NCBI RefSeq assembly: GCF_009914755.1
Contig: NC_060935.1
Reading direction: 5' to 3' (one strand)
DNA: 64,000 bases
Origin: the human T2T-CHM13v2.0 reference genome, Homo sapiens
How positions within the stretch are numbered: the first letter of the stretch is position 1; every line of letters starts with the position of its first letter. The notes under the pieces were generated by a model. The model saw nothing but the letters and a program-made list of their open reading frames with translations, was not told the origin of the DNA and did not search any database. Shown piece by piece: positions 26,806 through 41,255 of this stretch. Both the position numbers and the translations under genes were made by a program.

Positions 26806-28949
26806 AACAGCTACTGCTGCACAAGCTTGCCCTTGGCAAGCCCATCAACGTGCATGGCTGCACCTGCCCTGTCTGGGTCTGCTGTTTCATTTGGATGATT
26901 ACTTTGTTCTCTGCCTCTGTTTCCACGTTGATCCTTTTGTTTGGCCCTTTGTTTTTGTTTTTGTTTAACCATGAGATTAACATCCTCAAATAGTGCTTTA
27001 ATGGTGTTACCCACCTTCACAGCTCCTGCTTGAGTTGACTAAGAAATGAATTTAACACTCCCCATTTGAAGCACCACCTGACTGGCCCAAATCTATTTCT
27101 ATAGTTGTAAATGCTTCAGTTTCCTTTCCTTTTATACTCTATATTTCAGAAACATTCAGCCACTGGCTTTTCCCATATGTGTGCCTTGCACATTTGTGAT
27201 TAGTTCCCAAAGGAGGAAGTTTGGTTTTATCCATTCAGAATAGCTATAGTTTTTCAACTTGCAATAACGAAATAGTTTCTATCTAGAAAACAATGTCATT
27301 ATTATGTTCTGCAGGAAAACTTTATTTTTATATATCCAAAACTTTCTAATTTGTAACCCTCTTTTTCACATCAATATAATTGTTTTTAGTTAGCATAATT
27401 TTCAAATAATGAGAATGTCCTCAGAAACAAAGCTATGGCAGAACCACTTAATTATAATGGGCATGAGGGCAGGAACTGTATCTACATGGATCACCACTGC
27501 ACTATCAGCACTAGCACAGTGCTTGAGACCACATAGGCTCTCCAATTGTGCTATTTGTAGCATACTTCCCAATATATAAAAATGCCACATCACATAATTT
27601 TAAAAAATAATGTATTAGATGTATAAAGTTTTTGACATAAGTTATTGTCCATAGTATGTTCTCAGTAAACATTAGCTCCTGTCTTTTTATAGCCAGAGGC
27701 ATAGCTAGGCTCTTCCATCAGGGCAAACACGTTTGTGAGTGGGGTCAGGTGGGAGTAGCCTAGTCCAAATGTTAGAGAGGACAAGAGCAAATGCAAAAGG
27801 TTTCATTCATTGGCTCCAGTGTTTCAGAGTCACTGCTTTCTTTAACTTTACATTAGTCTTAACAACCACCAGGTCAATATCTTGCCTAAAAATTTCTGTT
27901 GAATGGTGACTGTGTTTGGAGGAAGACATACTCTCCTGTTTCCCCTCAAGCTAGATTGTGCCTATAACTAAACAAGGAGTATGTAAGAGCAGACATATAC
28001 ACCTTATTTCTATTATTCTTGAAATCTGTGGAGATCAGGGATCAAGTAGTAACATGGCAAGGAAAATGATGATGGCATAAAGATTTGCATTGATTCTCCA
28101 GACGCCAGTAACTGAGAACGTGCAGGCTCTCAATCAGGGTTTTGTTTAAATGCATGCAGCTTAAGAGATATCTATTAAGGCTCTTTGATAACTCCTGGCT
28201 TTAACAAGCACAGTTTCTGTAAACCAATACTAGTCAATTGTTGGCAGGTTGAAAATGCTAGGATTGGAGTTTTCAAAGGATTGCAAGAAAAACAGGGTTG
28301 ACTTCACCCACCTAGTCTACCTTGCTTCATCTTCAATTCAATTCAAATACATAGATATTTACTAAGCAGTTCTATGTGCAAAACACTGGGCTGAATGTCA
28401 AGTATCCAAGGTAAGAGAAGTATCTGCCCGTAAGCGACTGGAGGAGCAGACTATACAGAGTTAATCACACCACCAAATAGACTGTGATAGATTCAGTGAT
28501 GACAGGATGATAACTCTCATTTCTGGAGTGCTTCCCAAGTGGCAGACATTTGTCTAGATGTTTCACAGGGATTAAATACATACCATGCAATCATCACAAA
28601 TCCCTACAGAAAGTGTCACTAATTACCTCATTTTGGTGATGGGGAAACTGAGGTATCGGGTAGCTAAATACTTGATTGAAGTCACATAGCTAACAAGTTG
28701 CAGAGCTTGAATTTCATGTCAACCATTTTATCTCTAAAGCCTAAATGCTGAGGGGGCACAACAGAGTGATTAATTCTAATAGAGGGTAGTGAATAAGAGT
28801 TTTGCAGTTGAAATGGCAGTTAGGTAAGAATTAGGAGCATGCCATAGTTAGGATTTGGATCTCTAGAGGACTATAGGGTCTATAGTTTTCTAGGAAAAAG
28901 GGGCATGAAAGGCGGCAGGGATTTCCTGAGTAAAGTCATGGATCCACAC

Positions 28950-29330
28950 AAGCGAATGCATGCATGCTGGATATTTTCATTTGCTTCTCCAGATTCCATT
29001 TCTATTCTTCCCTGCCCTGCTGTGTGCTCTGGGAAGATGATTTTCACAAACCTAGTTACTCAAGCTCCTACTTGGCCAATAGGAGGCACCAACAGGAAAG
29101 CAAAGGGTGAGAAGATAGCGCCTAGGACTTATTTTTCCTGCTACTCCCCGGGGGACCAGGGTTTGGTGATGTCTGCACTTCTGTGCTGAGGTCCAAAATT
29201 CTGACGGGCAGCTTCTTTCCCACAGCCACAACTCCTTCCAAGTTCTCTACCCATACTTCTGTCACTTGCCCATGCACCAAACTCTTCAGTTACCCATTTA
29301 AGCATCCCTCTTTCCTGATGTAGGTTGTCT
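28950..29330 (+). mobile_element. LTR33-like ERVL solo LTR
   Basis: CTCCAGATTCCATTTCTATTCTTCCCTGCCCTGCTGTGTGC...TTGGCCAATAGGAGGCACCAACAGG. Confidence 0.6.
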
Positions 29331-31929
29331 GACAGAGCATGCTCAGGGAACAGAGCATGGTTAGATATGCTCTTTGGAATGATAACTCTGGCCACCATAG
29401 TGTGAAGAATGGACAAGAAGCTTCCCAGTTCTGAGGCAGAGTGGAAGTTCATGCACCAAAAGGGTCAGATGAGAAAAATAGAGACCCAAACTAAGACAGA
29501 AGTGTTGAGTAAGGTGAGAGGGGAGAGAAGGAAGCTTCATCTATGGGATGTTGTGATGGCATGGATTTGTAAGTTGAGGAAGTGAGGGAAATCGGGGATG
29601 ACTTTGTGCAGCCGAACAGACAGCCTCAGAGCTGCAGAAGTTACACACTGGGCCAGCCAACAGGAAGCCCAAAGAAAGGATCTTGCTGCTGAGAGAGTTT
29701 GGGCAAGACTGACACTCTGTTTTTCTTCATTTTCTTTATCTAGGGCATGGGGGTGGTACTGTTTTTACGCTCTCTTAGGATTTCTAGAGATTTTGCAGTT
29801 TTCAGCACTCTGACTTCTTAATGCAGCCTGATAACAACTTTGTGAAGTGGGCAGGCCAAGTAGTACCACATCGATTTCATAATTGAAAAAGTTGAGTTTT
29901 GAAGTGATAACATAACTAACTTCCCCATGACCATATAGCCAATCAATCACAGTACTAGGATGATAACTAGTAATTCCAATATTTTGCTTCTGCTGCCTCC
30001 TAGATTCCTGTTTCTCAGGGTTCTTAATAACCTCCCAGGAGATGTTGGGTTAAGAATGCTTTGCAGTAGTGCAAGGGTTCTGCTACCAAGGTGTTAAATG
30101 CAACAGAGAGTGCCCTGCCCCCTTTCTACATCAAGATAGTACTCCTGTCTCCATAAGAAACTATCTCAAATGATGGTTAGATCTTGAAAGGGGCTAAATT
30201 CCAGAGAGTACTTAAGTCTCTGAATCTCTATTCACAAAAGGGACATCTGAGAATATACAGCTAACAACAACAACAAAAGCAATAATAATAATACACGTCA
30301 ATCCATAATAGTAATGGAGATAACTCAGCTTTTAAGAATTTGCCATGAATAGTGAATTAGATGAGTAAAAAAAAAATCATCTGCTCTGAGATTCAAGAAC
30401 TCATTAAGAGAAGTGGGTATTCCCAAAAGAATATCCAGTTTTCTCAGAGTCAAAAGAGCTCTTTCAGAATCTTGTATCTGATACTGTAACATATCAAATT
30501 TGGGGGTAAGGGGTGGCATTGTTTTTATCAAATAGCTCTATGAAATTCACTCATTCATTGTTCATTCATTAATAAAACAAGCAAATTAAAAAAGCAAAAA
30601 ACATTAGGGTGATGTAACAAAGAGAACCTAATATTAAGTGATAAAGGGCTTTAGTGATCAAAAAGTACAGAAAAGTCAGGGAAAACACATCTGAAGATGT
30701 TTCTGTAATGCAGAACTGTTGCATGCTGATATCCACTGTGACTCTTATAGGAGTGAGAGCAATAGTATACAATGATTTCCAAACATATTTGTCCCCAGAA
30801 CTCCTGTTTTATAGAATGTAGCTTAGGAGATGCTAAGTAGGTACTCCTCCAGGTGTCTGGTGGCCAATTTTTTAGTGCATAATAGAAATGGAGGTTATAT
30901 TTAATATTTGGTGAACTATTCCTTGGTGTCAAGCAATGTGCTGGTATATTTGCACACATGATCATTATTAATTCTCATTAAGCTCTTTAAAGTAGATGTT
31001 ATTGGCCCCAGTTTGCCCACGAGAACACTTAGGCACTGGATAACTAATTGGTACAAGGTCACATAACTATTAAATTGAAAGAACAGAAATGGAATGATGT
31101 TTTCTCTGTAAAGCCCTTACTGTTTCTGGGACATCAGGGTTATCGCACCTTGTTAGTTACAGAGCAGAGCTGGAGCTTTGGTTTCATTCTTTTATAATTT
31201 TCTCAAAAATGTAGTTGCCAAAACATTTCATATGCCAGCTCTCCTTGCCCTACCCTTTATCCTCCAGGTTTCACTCAACTCAAATATAATCAATTAGAGA
31301 GACATCCTGAAGCCCAGCACTCTTTTGGACTTCCCTCTTTACCTGTCCACCACTAGGCTGAGGACCCTTGAGAACAGTGACCACTACATATTCTTGAGAT
31401 CCTAATGTTAAGTTCAATGGTTGGGTCTGTTGGCAGAATGAATGCCCAGATTTTGTAGGTTGAACCACAGGGTCAGATGTTCTTTGCATCCACACAAACT
31501 GCCTCTGCTACCCTTTACAGATTAGTCTCACTTTGTTTTCTTAAGAGTCCAAGAATGGTTTGTTACTCACTTCTTTATGGTGACCACTTCTAGAGCAAGA
31601 GAGCTTTATTATTTCTATCCTATCAGTTCTGAATAAGAAATAAACATGACTTCAATTTGATTCAATTCAATTCAATTCCAAGTCCATCTAATCGAATCCA
31701 ATATAATTTAGTATGTCTAACATCACCTTGCATTGTTTTTGAATCCATGATCATCTCCTCAAAAGCAAGGATTTTATCATTGTTGTTTCCTCAGCTCTGA
31801 GCACAGTGCATGGCACTTAGTAGGCCCCAGTGTTGTTGAATGAATGGGTAAATGCATTCATGACTGAATATATAATGTGCTTAAGAAAAGAGTCAGCACT
31901 GAAGTAAAGCAAAACAAACAAAAAAAAAT

Positions 31930-32105
31930 TAATTCTTGGAACTACCAGTTACTAGCTATATGACCTTGGGTGAGATATTTACATTCTCTGAGCTTCAGTT
32001 TCTTTATCTCTAAAGTGCAGAAAATAGTACTCCCAGAGAGTGACTACTTGGATAAAATGAGATAATGCAGGGAAGTGCTTACCCATAGTGCCTGACACAT
32101 AGAGG
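31930..32105 (+). mobile_element. MIR SINE
   Basis: TACTAGCTATATGACCTTGGG...TCTCTGAGCTTCAGTTTC...GTGCCTGACACATAG. Confidence 0.8.
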
Positions 32106-34212
32106 TTAGATTTTGTTGTTTTTATTGATATGGTTGGTACAGATTATATTTGAATGGAAGAATAAGTGAATGAACAAATGAGTGAATATTTGTTCAGCGC
32201 CTGGATGCAGTGCCATTGGCAGCCATGGACTTCAGGAGTAATGCTGGCCAGTGCTGGTGCTACCTTCCTGTCCTAGCTCCATCCATTAATGTGTCTGAGG
32301 GAGCTGTCTGAGACTCAGAAACATAAATAGGCTCATTCATGCGGCTTGAGTTCAGAGTGAAGAACAACCTAATAAGTTACTGTTTTAAAATATATATGAG
32401 TATATCTATTCCTTTCTTTAGTATTCATAATAGTTGTGATGTTTTGCATGGTTTAAGATATTGTGGCTGATATCCGTAGGAAATGAATGCTAATAAGGTG
32501 TGTGGAATAAAACTTGTAGGGTTTTTCTATTGTTCTCTGGCTTTTATGTTGTACAGGACAACTGGCCACCTACAGGCCATTGTTGTCTTGTCCTACAAGT
32601 GCTCAGCTTAGAGTTCCAGGAAGAAACTGACATTGGCTCTTAGGATTTATATTCCAAATATTGATTTTTATTGAACAAAATAAAGCCCAATAATTAATGC
32701 ATTTGCACCATTTTCAACATTACAATTAGAGATGGCAAATATCATTACATTTTACAGTGCTTTGTATTCAACAGGTGTTGAACTAATGTGTAACGATTTG
32801 ATATTAATCAAGGCTTGATTTTTCATGTGTAAATACATGCATGCTACCTTATGTTGGTTACTTCTCTTTTAATATAAATCTCCTACCTTCTCTATTAACT
32901 CTGATTTCTCTGCTGACAACTTAGGTATAGTAATGTTTAACTCTATGGGTTGTCATGAAAATAAAGAGCTATTTCTATTTATCTAGAGCTTATATAGTAC
33001 CACAATGCTTCACAAATATTAACCCTATTTGCCCAGCAATTTTATGAGGCAGATACTATTTTTGTCCCCACTTTATGGATGAGAAAATTGAGTTGGAGTG
33101 ATTTACCAGCTGACCCTAGTTCACATACTTAGCTGGGGTAAAGAAACTAGCAAAGTTCTTGATGGATACTGGAACAATTATAAGTTATTGTGTTCTTGCT
33201 ATGCCCATGGCTGATGTCCTAAAGCCCATCATTTCATGTGGTTGTAGCCTCACCTTAAAAGAACAAGAATATAAGTGCCATATAGATGCAGGAGAATCAA
33301 CAAAGCCCACATATTTGTTTTGATTACAACACTATTTCTTGGATTAACTCAGCAGCTCCTCAATTTGAAAGCTCATAATGAGTTTGACTGAAGCAGCTAA
33401 AAGTAACCAAACTTTTTCCTGCTTGGTGCTGCCCATCTCAAAAACCCAGAAAGCAGCAGGGACTCAGGAGAATAAAGTTCAGGGAGGTTAATAACGGTGA
33501 CCAAGATTTGAACTCATGTCTGTCTAGCTACAAACCTCATAGCCTTTCCTTTAAAGCACAATAAATTATGAAAGGGGCAAATGGGTCATTTAGTGGCTTT
33601 CAATTCCACAACACATGGGATTTCTACAATTCCCTCTTGACCAACAGTGTGAATCTACTTGTTCCAGATTTTGCTATAGATGCTAAGGACACAAAGATGA
33701 ATGAGATATAGTCCTCTAGAAATAATTTTTTTAAGTTACACTCCAGTGGGGGGCAGAGACTGTCGGTCTTTACCTCTTTCAGCCCTCCCCACTCTTTAGC
33801 ACTGAAGATATTTACACAGCTGACTCAGCCAAGAATAGCCTGGTCTGGTAGAAAGAGAAGACCTCCGTGTCTCCAGCAGGCAGGTTCTGGCATTAGTCTG
33901 GCTGCTGTAAACTGATTTCCCTGTGTCTAAAGTAATCCTAAGCATTCCTATACCCACCAAGTGAATTCATTTCCTCTTATCCTTATTTCTTCACCTTTCA
34001 TTCAGTTTATGCTTCCTGAATGCATCCCAAGTCTCAAAATGGAGCTAGAGCCCTATCCAGAGCTCCTAATTCACATAACTCAGGCCAGTCCCTCTTCTCG
34101 CTCATTGACTGCTTTCTAAACCTTCAGTTGTCAGCTCAGCATTATACCAATCTAGGTAAATCGTGGAGAAGACTGACAAAATTCCTACCACGCTGGACTA
34201 CAAATGCCATCC

Positions 34213-34824
34213 TGTATTTGTTTTCTGTTACTGCCTAACAATTTACCACAAACTTAAGCGATTCAAGCAGCACATTTATTATCTCAGAGTTTCCATGAGT
34301 TATGATTTTGGGAGATTTTAGCTGGACGTTCTACTCAGGGTCTCATAGGCTAAAATCAAGGTGTTGGCCAGCTGCTTCCTCATTTAGAAGCTCTACTAGA
34401 AAAAGGTTCATTTCCAGGCTTACTCAATTGGTTAGCAGAATTTGTTGCCTTGCAATTGCAGGATTGAAGTCTCCACTCTCTTAGTAGCTATGACTCAGCC
34501 CCTAGGGGCCACTCTCATGGCCTTATGGGCTCCTTCAACCCAGCAATGTAGGAGCCCAACACTGCATTATCAAATTTCTTTTATTATTCCAATCTCTCTG
34601 ACATCCCCTTCCATGGCCAGAGAAATCACCCTGCTTTCAAAGGGCTCATGTGATTAGGTCAGGCCCACTCAGGTAATATCTTTATTTTATGGCTGACTAT
34701 GATATAACAAAACCCAATAATGAGAGTAAAATTCATCACACTCATCCAGAGAGTTATACTGGGCATGTACAGTGGGGGTTTGGGGGTGGATGTCATGGGA
34801 GCCCTCTTAGAGTTCTGCCCCCAC
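34213..34824 (-). mobile_element. MLT1 (MLT1E-like) ERVL-MaLR solo LTR
   Basis: Starts TGTATT, ends CCACA; internal TTACCACAAACTTA, AAATCAAGGTGTTGGC and AAAGGGCTCATGTGATTAGGTCAGGCCCAC. Confidence 0.8.
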
Positions 34825-37319
34825 ATACCTCCACCTACAGATCCTGGCTGCCATGTCGTACTCACCACTTAAACCCCTCAGAGAATGATGCCAAACCTCA
34901 TTAAGGCCAAATTTGTGATCCTTACCACCCACTCTTGTAATCTGAGATTTCGGCAGGTGGCTCCCACTGGGAAGTCAGCTTCCATAATCACTCAGCCCCT
35001 TTAATATAATGCAGATTGTCCGCAGTTTCTTCCTCTTTCCTGCAGTTGCCTCACAGCTGAGCCAGCATATGCAATGAAAGTCTGGTAAATATAGAACAGT
35101 GTGATAAAGGCTACCTGACTTATATAAAGGTAAGGCCTTGGATAGATACAGTGCAGCAAATTGGATTCTGCCTGATAAAAGAGGAGTTGGGTGGGAGAAG
35201 TGTTGGCAGAAGAGTGACAGTTGTCATGAACTTGTTTTAAAGGATTAGGATTTTTATTAGAGGACAGGAAGAGCATCAATGGAAGAGTCGGGGAAGCCCA
35301 AAAGTACAGAAAACAGTAGTGGAGGGCTAGTCTAGAATGAATGGAAGGGAGTGTTTGGATTGCAGACTCAGTGATCAGATGGAAGTTAAGCAGGGGGCTT
35401 ATACGTTGTGTTTAGACTGGAATTTACCTTTCAAGTGAAATATAGTCATTAAAAGTTCTCGAGTAGGGGAATGACATGATCAGATGTGTTTTGAGAGTAA
35501 TCATCCTGTGGACAAGGTGGGTTGATTTAAGATGGGACCATTTAGGCCAATAGAAGAGTAGTGATTGGAGAAATTGGAGAAGAAAAAAATGGTTAAAATA
35601 CTCATTTTGGAGGTAAAATTGAGACAGATCATGAAGGCTATGAGTATGGAAGCTCAGATAATTTTGCTAACCTACTGCACAATTGCATATGCCATATCAC
35701 ATAAATCATTTAATATTCTTCTCTAAGCTTTGCATCTGTCTATCTGCTTTCCTTAATAATCTACATGAACTCCATGCTTTTCTCCATTAGGTGTCAGATA
35801 CAATTTTTCACTCAGGCTAGACTCACTTCCACATGGATTTACAGCAAGGTGAACACTTTTCTTCTTTTCATGAACCCAGCATTATGACCTCTCCTCTCAC
35901 TCCTAAGATCTCCCAGGATGATTTAAGCAACCTCGAATGTGTCACTGATTCCAGACATCTTTTTACTAGCTTTCCAATGGGGTTATTGTTTAAGAAGCAT
36001 CTGCTCATTGTTTAGGGACACTTACCTAACCCTGTGTCATAAAAATGACATTGATATTTATCAAAAACTTATGAGTTGGAAATATAATCTCTGGTAATAG
36101 AATCCAAAAGAGTGTGTACCTTTTGGAGGTTACTGACCATAAAGAGACAGAAGAAAACCTTCTGAAGTGCCAGAAATGTTCTATATTTTTAAACTGTGTG
36201 ATAGTTCTATGGTTTTTATTGTGCAAAAATTTATCAAGCTATGCACTTAAGATCTGGGCACTTTCCTACATATGAGTTATGCCTAAATAAAAATAATATA
36301 GAAAAGAAAGAAAGAAAAAAAACATGTGCCTTTTCCAAAACTTATGTATAATTCTTGGAAGGTGGGTTTTATAATCTCCATTATTAAAAAAATTGAGGTT
36401 CAAGTTTATGTGAGTTCTCTAAAGTCACGTGGACAGCCAGCGACGGAGACAGAATACAACTCAAGTTGTTTTTTTTCCAAAGGCTGTATTCTTTCAACTA
36501 CAAGACCAAGGGTTTTCAAGATTTACCTCTGCCTTGATTTTTTTTTTCTCCCTGGAATACAATGACCTCTGGTCATGTATATATCCCTCCAAGGTGCATG
36601 TTAGATTTATTGTATTCTGATATGGGTGGCTTAATGAGGTCACACCCCCTTGCACAGGGGCAAAGTATCATCTTTATATTAGCTATCCCAGGGAAAAGAA
36701 ACCTCTCATATAGGAACCAGGAATCAGGAGTAAGGTCTTAGCCTGGCAAGAATGGAAAGCCCTGCTTCTTGCAGTGTTCATCTTTTAGGATAAACACTCC
36801 TCAGAAGTAGAAGAGGGCAGCTTCTGACAGAAGAGGTTGGGAAGACCATGTCACAGAGGCCACAGTGTGCAAATCATTATACCGTGTTTCATAAATGAGA
36901 TTATCTGGCTTATTTTCCCTTTATATTCCCTAGGTAATGCTTCTCTAAGTGTAGTAAAATCTTCTCTATCAAGATTCCTGGGCCTCACTTCAGACTTAAC
37001 TAATCAGAATATCTGGAACTAGAATCATTTTAACAAGTTCCCTCAGGTGTTTCTTTTGAAGAACACAAGGTGTAAAAATCACCATCTAGAATTCAGGAAA
37101 GTGATTTGAGACATGCCATGTTATACAGTGACTCTATCTTAAAAAAGTGTTATCTCCCCTCTGAGTTCAAATGGAGTTGACTATAGTCAGAAACCCCTGA
37201 GAGAAACAATAGAGGTTCTTTGAGGCCAGACTCCTAAACTCATCACAAAGATTCTTCAACCTGTACCAACCTTAAAGATCTGGATTTCTCTTCTTCTTTG
37301 GAGATACCCAATGTAAAAT

Positions 37320-37680
37320 TCATTCTTTTGTAAGGCTTAGTTTTGGGCAAACACAATGTCATGTAGCTACATACAGTCAAGATATAGAATGGTTTTATCA
37401 CCCCCTAAATTCCCTTGTGTCCTTTTGTAACCTACCTCTATCCCCACCTGCCATCCCTGGCAACCATTGATCTGATTTCCGTCTGTTTAGTTTTACATTC
37501 TCCAGAATGATGATTCTCTGTGTAAATGTAATCATGTAGCCCTTTGAGTCTAGCCTCTCTCACTTTCTTAGCATAATACATTTGTTAATCCAGAATCCAT
37601 GTTGCTGTGTGTTTCAGTTGTTCATTCCCTGTTATTGTTGAATAGTATTCCATTATACAGATGTAACAGTTTGTGTGATA
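37320..37680 (-). mobile_element. Old L1M 3'UTR fragment
   Basis: Antisense L1M 3' text (CCCTGGCAACCATTGATCTG; GAATAGTATTCCATTATA). Confidence 0.75.
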
Positions 37681-38933
37681 AAGGAGGAATTGTTCTGGTT
37701 CAGGCATTTGAGGCAGGGAGTAGTGGGCCAGGCAGTGACAAGGGTGTGTGATTAAGATCCCATAGTTTGAATGTGATTGTATGACATGGAACTGCCTCTG
37801 TACTGCTACCCTGTGACACTGTGAATGGAGAATAATCCTGAGATATCTATAAGCTAAGGGCAAGTTTTATGAAAATGGCTACAGAGTGTCAAGATAGACT
37901 ATAAAGCTCCCTCTAATGATTATGACTACTTTTCTTATTTCCAGACACAACCAATTTTGAAGAGAGTGGGAAAGGAATACTACATGTCTGTTTTACTATT
38001 ACAGGTTGCCTCATTATAGAAAGGAGGAAGTAAAAAGCACTAAAAGTGTAGTGTAAGAACAATGGCCTGCCACTTTCGATCTGTGAAGCATGGGTCAGCT
38101 TTGCTACATGTTGGAGTCCCAGTTTGCCTCATCTGGTGTTTTGTTGTTGTTGTTCTGCTTAGCTTTCCTAGGACACAAAGATTCAGGTGAGGTAACAATG
38201 GTCAGATCCTGTGAAAACTCTGAATTGATTTGCATGTGTTAATTGCTTTTTTAGGCATTTGTACATATGTTGTATCTTCACTACAAATCTGTGCAACTCA
38301 AAGGTTGTACCTCTCCCACAGCACTGCCAAAAAGATAGGAACTCAAACAACCTTCAAAGGAATGGAAGAAAAAAAATCTATGTAACATTAAATTTACATT
38401 TAGGCAGTTAAATTTGAAAGTCATATTGAAGTAAATATTTTCCTAAATAATTTCAGGAATAAAAAGTGAGCATTTTGATTCTGTTGATTTTGGACAAGCT
38501 ATACATTTTCTTCTTTTGCTTAAAACTTTCATATTTGGTTTTCATTCTAAAAACTACAAAGTCGATTTGTTAATTATAAATAAAAGATAAACTCGAAACC
38601 AACTTACAGTGTCAGTATAAAATCTCTTTGTTATAATTATAGTTTATACATTACATTTTTAATTTGGTAGAGTCAAATGCCCTAGTGTGTTAAATATCAA
38701 ATCTTCTAGAATCCTGATGTGTGTGAAATACATTTAACCCCTTTTAAAGATTACACAGACCACATTGGAGTCACTGTTTTTCTTGGTGAAATAATCAGTA
38801 CAAGGTAGTTGCAAGTTTAGAATACATAGCATATACACGGAGGGCTTTGTACATGTATTGAGGGCATACTATGAAGGGTTTATCTGGAATTCACTCTGGG
38901 GATAATAAGCATTGATAAAATAAGACATCTGCT

Positions 38934-39121
38934 GGCTGGACATGGTCACTTATTCCTGTAATCCTAGTACTTTGGGAGGCTGGGGTGAGAGGATCACTTG
39001 AACCCAGGAGGTTGAGGCTGCAGCAAGCCAGGACTGTGGCACTGCCTCTCCAGCCCGGGCAACAGAGTGAGACCCTGTCTCAAACCAACCAACCAACAAA
39101 CAAATGACTTAAAAAAAAAAA
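38934..39121 (+). mobile_element. FRAM-like free right Alu monomer
   Basis: Single right-arm monomer with (CAAC)n/A tail; TSD-like AAGACATCTGC / AGGACCTCTGC. Confidence 0.8.
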
Positions 39122-39543
39122 GGACCTCTGCCTTCAAAGGACTCCCAGTCTGATGGTGTGTGTGCATGTGTGGTAGTTTTTGGGGGGAGACAAATAAATG
39201 AAAGGATAATTATGATTATACACATAATATTCTGTATGATAGATACAGACACAATTATATGAGAATACAGAAGATTGAATATTAAACCTTCAATGGTTGT
39301 GAGAAAAATGACCTGGTAAAGCCTCCTTTAGAAGCTAATAATATGTGGGTTAACTTTTAAAAATTAAGTAGCAACTAGGTGAACTACAACAACAAGAGGA
39401 ATGATTTCTTGGCAGACTGCCTGAGTTAAAGACCTTGACTCTGCTACTCACTAGATAAATCACCCTGGGCAAGGTGTTTATTCTCTCTTCTCTTTGTCCC
39501 AGTTTCCTGGAAAACTACCCCATAGTATAGTCTTGATGCTTCA

Positions 39544-41255
<1,712 letters not shown>

